In this document: positions 44,926 to 54,347 of the stretch, piece by piece
Layout of the letters: every line of letters starts with the position of its first letter
How positions within the stretch are numbered: position 1 is the stretch's first letter
Source: an uncultured Gammaproteobacteria bacterium
GTDB taxonomy: Bacteria > Patescibacteriota > Microgenomatia > Levybacterales > UBA12049
Length of the DNA: 55,356 bases
Direction of reading: 5' to 3'
NCBI GenBank assembly: GCA_964637955.1
Contig: CAZWXQ010000007.1
Span: 1-55,356 of the forward strand
Position numbers and translations under genes: made by a program
Notes under the pieces: generated by a model
What the model saw: the letters and a program-made list of their open reading frames with translations, nothing else
Databases searched by the model: none
Told to the model about the DNA's origin: nothing

Positions 44926-46710
44926 ATGGATAAAATTAGCCCAATTTTCGGCGAGTCTATTTCAACTGGAAAAATAAAAAGGAGAAATTATGAGAGTAAA
45001 GAAGCTCCTCGTGGAATTCGATTTTATTTAGTTCCGCTTATAATTATAGTAGTAGTATTTTTTATAATTTTAAGACTTTTTTTCCTCCAAATAGTTCAAG
45101 GTAGTTACTATCGAATGCTCTCAGATGGAAATAGAAAAAAGACTATCGTTATTCATGCGCCTCGAGGAATAATTTTTGATCGGAATGGTGTACCACTTGT
45201 TTATAACGTTCCTGGATTTAGAGAGACTGTGAATGGAAAAACGAAACTTGTCAGCGAAGATGAGGCGATAGAGCTTCTCGCAGAAGGGAAAAAAGATCTT
45301 GAGATAGATAGTCTTAGAAAATATCCCGAAAAAGAAGCAACGTCGCATCTACTCGGTTATCTCGGTCAAATTTCTCCTGAAGAATTAAAGCAGTCTGATT
45401 TTACTGGTTATTCGTCAGGGGATGTAATTGGAAAAATGGGAATCGAAAAACAGTACGAAAGTTTTTTGAAAGGAGAAGATGGGAGGCAGCTTGCTGAAAT
45501 AGATAGTCAAGGGAAAATTATTAGAAAACTTGGAGAAACAGATCCGACAGCTGGGAAAAATATCACATTAACTATTGATTCAAAATTGCAAAAAAAAGCT
45601 TATGAAGCACTTAAAAAAGTTAAAAGAGGAGCGGTAGTTGTATCAACTCCGAATGGTGAAATTCTGGCGCTAGTTTCTATGCCTTCATTTGATCCAAATC
45701 TTTTTACTTTGGGAAATGATTATAAAACTGCAACGGATAGTGCATATCCTACTATTGAAAGTATTTTTACTGCCTCGGATCAGCCTTTTCTGAATAGGAG
45801 TATTTCAGGACTTTATCCCCCAGGTTCTACATACAAGTTAATTACAGCCGCAACTGGCCTTGAAGACAAAATTATTGATACTAGTTATAGCGTGAAAGAT
45901 ACTGGAATTGTGAAAATAGGTGAATTTTCTTTTGCCAATTGGTATTACACAAATAACGGAGGAACAGATGGAGATGTAAATGTGGTGAAAGGAATTAAGC
46001 GTTCAAATGACATCTTCTTTTATAAATTAGCTGAAAAGATTGGAATCGAGAAACTCGCAAGTATGAGTCGAGAATTTAAAATAGATAAAGGTCTTGGAAT
46101 TGATTTGGCAGGTGAGTCAAAAGGAGTAGTTCCGGATGATGGCTGGAAGAGAAAAAATATTGGAGAGCAGTGGTATCTGGGAGACACATATCACATGGGA
46201 ATCGGACAAGGTTATCTTCTTTCTACACCACTTCTTGTAAATTCTTGGGCACAAACTATAGCTGCGAACGGGACTCTTTATAAGCCACATATTCTTAAGG
46301 ATTTAGGGCCAGAAAAATTAAATGCGAATTTCTTAAGTGAAAAAACATTAAAACCTATTAGAGAGGGAATGATAGAAGCATGTGCGCCAACTGGGGTTGC
46401 TTATCCACTTTATAATTTTAAAGTTAAAAATAAAAATTTAAAAATTGATGGATTAAACTATCTGGAAGTTAAGCAGTCTTCGGTGTCAGGAAATTTTAAA
46501 GATTATCGGGAAATTCCGGTAGCATGTAAAACTGGAACTGCACAGCATGGAGGTGAAAAAACTCTCCCTCATGCATGGATTACGCTTTTTGCTCCTGCGT
46601 ATGACCCGAAGATAGTCGTTACAGTTCTTGCCGAAGAATCGGGAGAAGGAAGTAATATAGCAGCTCCAATTGCAAAAGAAATTTTGACAGAGTGGTTTAG
46701 TGAAAAGTAA
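44926..46710 (+). CDS. mrdA: penicillin-binding protein 2 (elongation transpeptidase)
   Basis: N-terminal TM helix and PBP dimerisation region. SxxK (GSTYK) and KTGTAQ motifs. Confidence 0.85.
   Translation: MDKISPIFGESISTGKIKRRNYESKEAPRGIRFYLVPLIIIVVVFFIILRLFFLQIVQGSYYRMLSDGNRKKTIVIHAPRGIIFDRNGVPLVYNVPGFRETVNGKTKLVSEDEAIELLAEGKKDLEIDSLRKYPEKEATSHLLGYLGQISPEELKQSDFTGYSSGDVIGKMGIEKQYESFLKGEDGRQLAEIDSQGKIIRKLGETDPTAGKNITLTIDSKLQKKAYEALKKVKRGAVVVSTPNGEILALVSMPSFDPNLFTLGNDYKTATDSAYPTIESIFTASDQPFLNRSISGLYPPGSTYKLITAATGLEDKIIDTSYSVKDTGIVKIGEFSFANWYYTNNGGTDGDVNVVKGIKRSNDIFFYKLAEKIGIEKLASMSREFKIDKGLGIDLAGESKGVVPDDGWKRKNIGEQWYLGDTYHMGIGQGYLLSTPLLVNSWAQTIAANGTLYKPHILKDLGPEKLNANFLSEKTLKPIREGMIEACAPTGVAYPLYNFKVKNKNLKIDGLNYLEVKQSSVSGNFKDYREIPVACKTGTAQHGGEKTLPHAWITLFAPAYDPKIVVTVLAEESGEGSNIAAPIAKEILTEWFSEK
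46678..46710 (+). repeat. last 33 nt of mrdA (GAAATTTTGACAGAGTGGTTTAGTGAAAAGTAA), duplicated at 48274-48306
   Basis: 31/33 identical to the downstream copy, read directly. Confidence 0.8.
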
Positions 46711-46713
46711 TAT
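46684..46713 (+). promoter_or_regulatory. promoter TTGACA-N18-TAATAT embedded in the mrdA 3' end/stop codon, 6 nt before ATG 46720
   Basis: TTGACA at 46684-89. TAATAT at 46708-13 overlaps the mrdA TAA stop. Confidence 0.5.
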
Positions 46714-46719
46714 ATTATT

Positions 46720-48261
46720 ATGCCCGAACCACAATTGGATGCAAGTTTTATTAGACCAGATAAAGCAATTGCAACTCCTTCTACTCCAGAGTATAAAAAT
46801 ACGGCAGAAATGAATCCTTCAGATTACAAGCTTCAGTGTGAAGAGCTCATAAAAGTAAATAATACTCTGTCTATTCCAAACCCAGAATTTGTTAACACGT
46901 TAAAGGGCTGGAGTCCACGTGTTGAGGAAGGTTATTTGGGTTCAACGCTTAATGTTATTAAAAATATTAATTCAAATAGGTTCGATGTAAGCGAAAAAGA
47001 TCAAAATTCTCAAACAGCTTATGATTCTAAAAATAAGTTAAGTCGTTTTAAGATAGATTTTGTTAACTCAAATTCTCCACTACTCAGACAAGTTTATTCT
47101 GCTACTCAAGATGAAGCGCTCAGAAAAGAGATTGTTGCCGTATTTGAAGGTCAACTTCTCGGTGCAAATGGTCTTGAAGTTAAATCTGCCTTAGAGTTTT
47201 TTATAGATACATATGAAGAAATTGGTTATTCTATGTGGCCAGTTTTGAGAAAATATTTTTTTCGAAAAGGATTAAGTTGGGATCAATTTAGAAAAGAATA
47301 TAATGAAGGTCGGGATGAAACAATAGGAGATTCAGTTTTTAAGTTAGCAAAAAAAACCTTGCAGAATTCAAAAGATTTTGCAGAAATAAATGCAACTATT
47401 GCTGGCGTAGTAGGATCTACTTATCCACTTGATATAGAAAAAGAAATTGATGAAATACTTACTCAGCAAGTGAGTCAATTTGGGATTGATGGGTATGAGA
47501 CTGTTAGAGCATGGAAGGAAAATCAAACAGGAGATAACCGTATGGAATTATTCGGTGAGTTTGTTGCTAATAGTCTTAATAGTATGAGAATAATTGAGAC
47601 TGAAAGGCCGGGGATTTGCAACGTGCTTTTTACTGAGTATGGAATTAGAAACTTCGGTAGATATCCTGCAGTTTCATTAATTGCTCAATATGATAACCGC
47701 GATCAACAGATTCCTTACGGAGTTTTAATTTATCCAGAAAGTGATTACAATGGAGCTTTTTCAGAACACGAAATAGCAATAGAAGGACTTTTTAGAGACC
47801 TTTCAGCAATGAATCATGGATTAAGAATTTATGAGAGTGGAAGTAGGCAAGAAGTAGTTCGAGCACTTATTTCAGCAGACAAGAGGTACGGCAAACAAAA
47901 TAAAATTTCATTTGCAGTTTTGGGAGGACACGGGGAACCAGATTCAATAGCTATGGGAGGAAGAAGATCAAATGGGGATCTGGAAATTTCTCAAAAAGAT
48001 TTAGAAAATCCCCGAACTAAAAAAATTAAGGACCTTTTCATAGAAGACCCGACGCTTATTTTAATTTCATGCAGTACCGGGGTTGAGGCAGGGATAGGTG
48101 AGGATATGTCTAGTTTAGGTGTAAATGTTATTGCGCCAGATAGTAGTACAAATTTAGATCAAATTAGAGCTTTTAGGCAAAGAAATGGAAGTCTGAAGTT
48201 TGATGTTGTTTTTGAGGGTAAAGCTAATGCTGCGCATTTTCCAAAAGAATCAAAAAACTAA
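46720..48261 (+). CDS. hypothetical protein, paralog A: helical N-domain + C-domain with caspase-like His/Cys dyad
   Basis: 513 aa. Strand-HG (FAVLGGHG, His404, codon 47929-31) and strand-C (LILISCSTG, Cys451, codon 48070-72), 47 residues apart. Confidence 0.6.
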   Translation: MPEPQLDASFIRPDKAIATPSTPEYKNTAEMNPSDYKLQCEELIKVNNTLSIPNPEFVNTLKGWSPRVEEGYLGSTLNVIKNINSNRFDVSEKDQNSQTAYDSKNKLSRFKIDFVNSNSPLLRQVYSATQDEALRKEIVAVFEGQLLGANGLEVKSALEFFIDTYEEIGYSMWPVLRKYFFRKGLSWDQFRKEYNEGRDETIGDSVFKLAKKTLQNSKDFAEINATIAGVVGSTYPLDIEKEIDEILTQQVSQFGIDGYETVRAWKENQTGDNRMELFGEFVANSLNSMRIIETERPGICNVLFTEYGIRNFGRYPAVSLIAQYDNRDQQIPYGVLIYPESDYNGAFSEHEIAIEGLFRDLSAMNHGLRIYESGSRQEVVRALISADKRYGKQNKISFAVLGGHGEPDSIAMGGRRSNGDLEISQKDLENPRTKKIKDLFIEDPTLILISCSTGVEAGIGEDMSSLGVNVIAPDSSTNLDQIRAFRQRNGSLKFDVVFEGKANAAHFPKESKN

Positions 48262-48273
48262 TTTATTAGACCT

Positions 48274-48306
48274 GAAATTTTGACAGAATGGTTTAGTGAA
48301 AAATAA
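48274..48306 (+). repeat. intergenic copy of the mrdA 3' end (GAAATTTTGACAGAATGGTTTAGTGAAAAATAA)
   Basis: 31/33 identical to 46678-46710. Followed by TATAAT (48312-17) 6 nt before ATG 48324. Confidence 0.8.
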
Positions 48307-48323
48307 TAAACTATAATTGAACT

Positions 48324-50078
48324 ATGCCAGAACAACAGGAATCTCCTTTTAGCCAGCCATCACTAAGAGAAGCGCCATTAAGAATTACAGATTTTGCATC
48401 ATCGGCTACAGTTTCAAATGTGGAAGAAAAAACGCCTTATCAAATGGTGCATGAGATGGGTTTTGAAGAATACTCTTTTTATTGTAATAAGATCGCTGAA
48501 GCAGGAATCGATAGAAATGTTACGAATGATGATTTACTAGCCAGATTATCTTCATTTCAACCGAGATTTGATGGAGAATTTATAATTCCTACTTTAAGAA
48601 CTATAAGAGACATTGATGCAAAAAGAGCTGAAAGATTTGATAAGGAAAAGCAGGATTTAAAACATGCAGTTCAAGATTCAACAGGCTTAAGAGACTTTAA
48701 AATTAATTGGGTAAATAATTATGCAGATCAAATGAGAAAAATTTATGGAAGTAGTTCCAGCGTTGAGGTTGACTGGGCGATATCGGGAGTTTTTATTAAT
48801 CAATTATCTTATTTTTTTGAAGAGGGTTTTACTCCTTCTCAGATAAGACCTACTATTGAGTTTTTTGCAGAAAATTTTGCAGTATTTAAAGACAACCTTT
48901 TTCCTGCTTACATAAAGCAATTTTTTAAGAAAGGAATGATAGCAAGTAATCTTGGAAAAGATGAATTGAAAATGGATTCCAGATCTGAAGTCTCTAGAGA
49001 CGTGTTAAGCTTGGCAATAGATGTGTTTGAAGATCCTCAATCGACACCTCACTTAAGGAGGGTAGCGATAGAGGGATTGGCCGTAGCGCAAAGTGATTCG
49101 GATAATAAGGATATAAGAGCGTTTGCCGATTCGTATCTTGCGTATCAAGTTAAAAAATTCGGGATTGATCCAGAACCAATTCTAAGAGTATGGAGCCAAA
49201 ATTATGATGATCCTGATCCGGAACTTTCAGCCCGATATCCTGAATTTATCGCTAAAAATTTTGATGTAATGGCGAAGCTTGAAGCTGAAAGACCTGGAAT
49301 CTGCCAGGTTTTGTATAAAGAATTTGGAATTCACAATTTCTCAAGATATCCCCTAAAAGCACTTATTGATCAATATGATTATCGGGATAGAGACATGCCA
49401 TACGGAGTACTGATCTATCCTCATTCCGATAATAATGGTGCTTTTAATAACCCAGAAGTTTTAGATGATCTTTTTACGGATGTAGATCATGCGAGATATG
49501 GGCTAAGAATTTATGAAAGCGGAAGTGGATTTGGAACATTAAGAAGATTGGGTGAAGCCAACGGTAGGTATGGTGGATTAAATAAGATTTCATTTGTCGT
49601 TATTGGAGGGCATGGAGCTAAAGATCAAATAGCATTTGGTAAAAGTATTGAACATAGATTACCTGAATATCCTGATATCAGAAACCATAAGGTGGATAAA
49701 AAAGATCTTAGAGGAACTGTTTCTCGTGCTGGAATGAAAGATTGGTTTATTAAGCATCCTAGAATCGTTCTTAATTCTTGCTCTACGGGATTAGACTCAG
49801 GAATAGGAAATGAAATTTATGAAATAGGCGCGGATATTACTGCTCCTAAAGTTCCAGCGGCAATTAAAAATATAAGTATGGGGAAAAGAAGTAATGGAAC
49901 ATTATGGTTTGCTGTTGAGTATATTTTAACAGATAAAAAAGGTATTCCTATTAAAATTACTAAATATATTCCTAAAGGAGAAGTAGATCCATATTCAAAA
50001 GAAGAAAGAGAAGAAGAGCTTAAAAAAGCGCTTGAATTTTCAGGTCGTTTTAGACGTTCTCCATATAGAGATAATTAA
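48324..50078 (+). CDS. hypothetical protein, paralog B of the 46720 gene (same His/Cys dyad)
   Basis: 584 aa. ERPGICQVLYKEFGIHNFSRYP...YGVLIYPHSDNNGAF...GLRIYESGS...ISFVVIGGHG (His430)...IVLNSCSTG (Cys486) aligns with paralog A. Confidence 0.6.
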   Translation: MPEQQESPFSQPSLREAPLRITDFASSATVSNVEEKTPYQMVHEMGFEEYSFYCNKIAEAGIDRNVTNDDLLARLSSFQPRFDGEFIIPTLRTIRDIDAKRAERFDKEKQDLKHAVQDSTGLRDFKINWVNNYADQMRKIYGSSSSVEVDWAISGVFINQLSYFFEEGFTPSQIRPTIEFFAENFAVFKDNLFPAYIKQFFKKGMIASNLGKDELKMDSRSEVSRDVLSLAIDVFEDPQSTPHLRRVAIEGLAVAQSDSDNKDIRAFADSYLAYQVKKFGIDPEPILRVWSQNYDDPDPELSARYPEFIAKNFDVMAKLEAERPGICQVLYKEFGIHNFSRYPLKALIDQYDYRDRDMPYGVLIYPHSDNNGAFNNPEVLDDLFTDVDHARYGLRIYESGSGFGTLRRLGEANGRYGGLNKISFVVIGGHGAKDQIAFGKSIEHRLPEYPDIRNHKVDKKDLRGTVSRAGMKDWFIKHPRIVLNSCSTGLDSGIGNEIYEIGADITAPKVPAAIKNISMGKRSNGTLWFAVEYILTDKKGIPIKITKYIPKGEVDPYSKEEREEELKKALEFSGRFRRSPYRDN

Positions 50079-50297
50079 TTATTGGATATCCTTAAGTTCT
50101 TCAAGTGATTTTTCATAATCATTTTTGTTGTCAATATTATATATATCCATGCCTGTTTCTTTATTAACTTCTTCCATTTGTGAATAATATGCTCCAATAA
50201 TCTTTTTCTCCATGTTTTTTTTGACATCAAGCATTTTGTTGGCAAAATAAAGCATGACAACTGTTAAAATTAATAAAGATATTAATGTATATTTCAT
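50079..50297 (-). CDS. small membrane protein (72 aa), hypothetical
   Basis: N-terminal TM helix MKYTLISLLILTVVMLYFA. An alternative overlapping ORF (50075-50260) is judged less likely. Confidence 0.35.
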   Translation of the reverse strand: MKYTLISLLILTVVMLYFANKMLDVKKNMEKKIIGAYYSQMEEVNKETGMDIYNIDNKNDYEKSLEELKDIQ

Positions 50298-50394
50298 TAC
50301 TTTTTGGGAGCAGGAAGGCAGGTAGTAAATTATAAATGGCAGATAATTAACGTAGGAGCATTATAAAGTAAAAATGTTTTAAGTCAAGTGCAAA

Positions 50395-51477
50395 ATGAGC
50401 GAAAAATCTTATTATCTGGCATTTTCCAATTTTTCAGGAATTGGGCCTATCAAATTTGAGAAGCTTCTTCATGCGTTTGGATCTGCAGAAAGTATCTGGA
50501 ATGCTTCTAGTGAAGATCTTGAATTGATATTAAAGCCAGTATTAACCTCAAAGTTTGAAGCGTTTCGAAAAGAGTTTGATATCGAAAAATCTGAAAAGAA
50601 TTTAGTAAAAAAGAAAATAAACTATATATGTTCCTTTGAAGATGAGTATCCTAAGAGTTTAAAAGAAATCAAAAATCCTCCGATAATTTTGTATTCAAAA
50701 GGGAAAGTAAGTTTTAATTCTGAACACAAATTTTTGGCAGTGGTTGGGACAAGAAGAGTTACAAGTTATGGTAGGAACGTGACTGAAATGTTTGCGGGAG
50801 ATCTGGCTTCCCAAGGTTTGATTATTATCTCCGGTTTGGCAATAGGTGTTGATTCTCTTGCGCATACTGCATGCTTGGATGCAGGCGGAATCACTGTCGC
50901 AGTTTTGGGTAATGGAGTGGATATTTGTTATCCGCGGGAAAATCAGAAAATTTATGATCGAATTATTGATTTAGGTGGAATGATAATTTCTGAATATCCG
51001 CCTGGCACTCAACCATCAGTTGGCTCGTTTCCTGCTAGAAACAGAATCGTAGCTGGATTATCTGACGGAATTCTGGTTACAGAAGGAGCTCAGGACTCAG
51101 GAAGTCTGATTACTGCAAATTTTGGACTAGAGTTTGATCGTAAAGTCTTCGCAGTTCCAGGACCTGTGACAAGTTCACTTTCTGCGGCGCCATTAAAACT
51201 GATAAAAAAAGGAGCAAAGCTGGTAGTGACACCGGAAGATGTAATAAAAGAACTTGGAATAAAAACATCTGAACTTCCGAAAAATAAGAAAAATTTTGAA
51301 GGTTTGTCTTCTGAAGAAAAGAAAATAATTGAACTCATCGAAAATGAACCGATGGGATTTAATGAAATCGTTCGAAGTTTGAAACTCGATTCCGCGAAGC
51401 TAGCGACAATTCTCTCAATGATGGAGATAAAGGGGATAATTAAAAATTCTGGAGGAAGTTATTCGGTAGGTCATTAA
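50395..51477 (+). CDS. dprA: DNA-processing protein DprA
   Basis: Rossmann-like core GTRRVTSYG...SGLAIGVDSLAH...GSFPARNRI and a C-terminal winged-helix region. Confidence 0.85.
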   Translation: MSEKSYYLAFSNFSGIGPIKFEKLLHAFGSAESIWNASSEDLELILKPVLTSKFEAFRKEFDIEKSEKNLVKKKINYICSFEDEYPKSLKEIKNPPIILYSKGKVSFNSEHKFLAVVGTRRVTSYGRNVTEMFAGDLASQGLIIISGLAIGVDSLAHTACLDAGGITVAVLGNGVDICYPRENQKIYDRIIDLGGMIISEYPPGTQPSVGSFPARNRIVAGLSDGILVTEGAQDSGSLITANFGLEFDRKVFAVPGPVTSSLSAAPLKLIKKGAKLVVTPEDVIKELGIKTSELPKNKKNFEGLSSEEKKIIELIENEPMGFNEIVRSLKLDSAKLATILSMMEIKGIIKNSGGSYSVGH

Positions 51478-51497
51478 TTATTTGATATAATTTATGC

Positions 51498-52091
51498 ATG
51501 GAAGTTGGATTTAAAGAAGGAGATGTTGACCAGATTTTAAGAGTAGCTATTGAAGAGGCAGATAAGGCGATGGGAGAGCCTAGAGAGCCAGGAAGAAGAT
51601 TTGGAGCGTGTGGATTGGCATCAGACTTGGTAAGAAGGTCTGCAGAGCTACAAGGAATATCCGCTGAAACCCGTCAGCTCTTATATGTGCATAGGGATTT
51701 AGGTGGAATGGAAAACGCTTTTCAGCATGGTTTCAATATCCTGAGTATAGGCGGCAAAAGATTATTAGTCGATGTATCATTTGTTCAGTTTATAGATCCT
51801 CAAACACAAGAAATTTATCAAGGAATAAATACTGAAGGGAGACCCAGGCATCCAATAAGTGGAAAATTAGATGAGCACCCAGTGGCACAATCACTTTTAA
51901 GAGATGGCTACGCTGAGCTTAATGATGATTCTTTTAAGGAATACTTGAGAGTTACAACTTCAGCAGTAGATAAAAGCTATATAGAAGCAGCAACGGTGGA
52001 AAAATTGATCGCAGATCCTTCATCGATTATGCCCTATGATCATACGCTAGTTTGGCTTGATCAAAGATTAGGCAGAAGCTCTGTTCTATAA
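51498..52091 (+). CDS. hypothetical protein with transglutaminase/papain-like Cys-His-Asp pattern
   Basis: FGACGLASDLVRRSAELQGISAE ... FQHGFNILSIGGKRLLVDVSF matches the G-x-C...H...D order and spacing of transglutaminase-core proteases. TGaTATAAT lies 6 nt before the ATG. Confidence 0.4.
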   Translation: MEVGFKEGDVDQILRVAIEEADKAMGEPREPGRRFGACGLASDLVRRSAELQGISAETRQLLYVHRDLGGMENAFQHGFNILSIGGKRLLVDVSFVQFIDPQTQEIYQGINTEGRPRHPISGKLDEHPVAQSLLRDGYAELNDDSFKEYLRVTTSAVDKSYIEAATVEKLIADPSSIMPYDHTLVWLDQRLGRSSVL

Positions 52092-52316
52092 AGATAACAA
52101 AGGCACTTGTCCTTTTCTCATCTCACTTTTTGATTGTTCAAAAAGTACTTTGAATGAAGCTTATTTAAGCTTCCCCTTGACACACCATGTACAATGTAGA
52201 ATAAACTTATTAAGTTTAAAAAATAAATTATGAATCCCATTAATCTTGCCGATCGCCTTTAGGAACTATTCGTTCACGGCTCACGGAGCGATTTTAACGG
52301 GACAGGGAATTTAAAT

Positions 52317-54347
52317 ATGAAAAATCTTGTTATTGTAGAGTCTCCAACGAAAGCCCGAACAATCGGACGTTTTTTGGGCAGCGATTACGAAGTTATCGCT
52401 TCGATGGGACATATTTATGACCTTCCCAAGTCTACGCTTGCCGTAGATGTGGAGCATGAATTTAGCCCACAATATGAGCTAATGCCAGAAAAGAAAAAGA
52501 CACTTGATGAAATCAAGAGAGCAAGTAAAAATGCCGATCGAATAATTCTCGCAACTGATTTGGATCGTGAAGGAGAAGCTATCGCTTATCATATCGCAGA
52601 AAATATTGGAGCCCAAAATGCTGAGCGAATCGTATTTCATGAGATTACCAAAGAAGCTATTGAAGATGCATTAGCAAATCCTAAGAAGGTTAATAAAGAT
52701 CTTGTGGATGCACAGACAGCGCGTCGCGTTCTTGATCGTTTGGTTGGTTACAAGCTTTCACCGCTTCTTTGGAGTAAAGTTCGTCGTGGATTGTCGGCTG
52801 GACGCGTTCAGTCAGTAGCGCTCCGTTTGATAGTTGAGAGAGAGCGAGAGATTGAGAAGTTTAATAAAGAGTCATATTTTACATTTTTGGTAAATTTGAA
52901 ATCAGATAAATCAGAGATTAAAGATCCAACGGGCTTTGAATTAATAGAGATAAATGGAGAAAAGATTGAGGAAAATAAAAAAATTGATATGTACGATGGA
53001 GAATATAAATATGTTTTAACAACTGTCGATACGCCTGAAAAAGCAAAAGTTATTGAGGATGATTTAAAAACTAAAGATTATGTGGTTGAAAATGTAGGAA
53101 AAAAAGAAATGAGAAGAACTCCGCCACCTCCTTATACTACTTCGACTCTTCAGCAGGACGGCGCAAGACGTATGGGACTTTCAGGAAAGAGGACGATGAG
53201 TCTTGCTCAGAAATTATATGAAGAAGGTTACATTACTTATCACAGAACTGATTCTGTAAGTATTTCAGATGGAGCAAGAAAGCAAATGAGTGAATTTGTT
53301 AATGCAGAATTCGGAGAAAAATATGTATCAAGTGTACCAAGACAATATAAAAATAATGCTAAAAATGCACAGGAAGCTCACGAGGCAATCCGTCCAGCAA
53401 AAGTAAATGTGACAGGGGCCGTCGTTTCAGCAAATCTTGGAGCTCAATTTGGGAAACTTTATGAACTTATCTGGAGAAGAGCGGTTGCGACTGTGATGAG
53501 CGATGCTATTACAGAGTCTACTGTAGTTACAGTAAATGGTGGAAATGGTTCATATAAATTAAAAGCAAATGGTTCAGTTCTTCTATTTGAAGGATTTCTT
53601 AAGGTAAATCCATCCGCTTTAAATGATAATAGACTTCCTGAATTTACAAATGGCGAGAGTCTTAAATTTATTTCTGTAAAAACTGAGCCTCACGAGAGTC
53701 TTCCACCTCCTAGGTATAACGATGCTTCAATTATTAAAACTCTTGAGGAAAAAGGAATTGGGAGACCTTCTACTTATGCAACCATTATTTCGACAATTGA
53801 AGTCAGAAGTTATATCGAGCGCGAAGAATCAAGATTTAGACCAACACCTGTAGGAATTACTGTAAATGATTTCCTGGTAGATAATTTTTCAACAGTTGAT
53901 GATATTCCATTTACTGCTGGGATGGAAGATGAATTGGATCAAATTGCTGGAGGTACTAAGAAATGGGTTCCTGTTATCGCAGAATTTTATAAACCATTTG
54001 AAGAAACGATCGATAAAGTAAAAGATGTAAAAAGAGTAAAAATTGAGACAGAGAAAACTGGGAAAAAATGTCCGACTTGTAGCGAAGGAGACGTAGTAAT
54101 TCGTACTGGAAGATTTGGTAAATTTTTGTCATGTTCAAGATTTCCTGAGTGTAAATATACTGCTCCATTTACTGAAGAAACAAATATTTTGTGTCCGAAA
54201 GATAAGGGAAAAATTATAATTAAAAAAACTAAAAAGGGAAGAAAGTTTTATGGTTGCAGTAATTATCCAAACTGCGACTTCGCTGCATGGCGACTTGACC
54301 AAATAAAAAAAGAAAAAGAGGTAGAAACAGAAGTCGTGACAGCTTAA
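52317..54347 (+). CDS. topA: DNA topoisomerase I
   Basis: Toprim LVIVESPTKARTIGRFLG, DLDREGEAIAYH, the active-site Tyr region GYITYHRTDS, and C-terminal CxxC zinc ribbons. Confidence 0.95.
   Translation: MKNLVIVESPTKARTIGRFLGSDYEVIASMGHIYDLPKSTLAVDVEHEFSPQYELMPEKKKTLDEIKRASKNADRIILATDLDREGEAIAYHIAENIGAQNAERIVFHEITKEAIEDALANPKKVNKDLVDAQTARRVLDRLVGYKLSPLLWSKVRRGLSAGRVQSVALRLIVEREREIEKFNKESYFTFLVNLKSDKSEIKDPTGFELIEINGEKIEENKKIDMYDGEYKYVLTTVDTPEKAKVIEDDLKTKDYVVENVGKKEMRRTPPPPYTTSTLQQDGARRMGLSGKRTMSLAQKLYEEGYITYHRTDSVSISDGARKQMSEFVNAEFGEKYVSSVPRQYKNNAKNAQEAHEAIRPAKVNVTGAVVSANLGAQFGKLYELIWRRAVATVMSDAITESTVVTVNGGNGSYKLKANGSVLLFEGFLKVNPSALNDNRLPEFTNGESLKFISVKTEPHESLPPPRYNDASIIKTLEEKGIGRPSTYATIISTIEVRSYIEREESRFRPTPVGITVNDFLVDNFSTVDDIPFTAGMEDELDQIAGGTKKWVPVIAEFYKPFEETIDKVKDVKRVKIETEKTGKKCPTCSEGDVVIRTGRFGKFLSCSRFPECKYTAPFTEETNILCPKDKGKIIIKKTKKGRKFYGCSNYPNCDFAAWRLDQIKKEKEVETEVVTA

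Noticed and set aside
52230-52262. 10-codon upstream ORF (MNPINLADRL) in the 225-nt topA leader
   Set aside because: It is too short and lacks the leaderless-type promoter spacing seen elsewhere. There is no evidence beyond being open.
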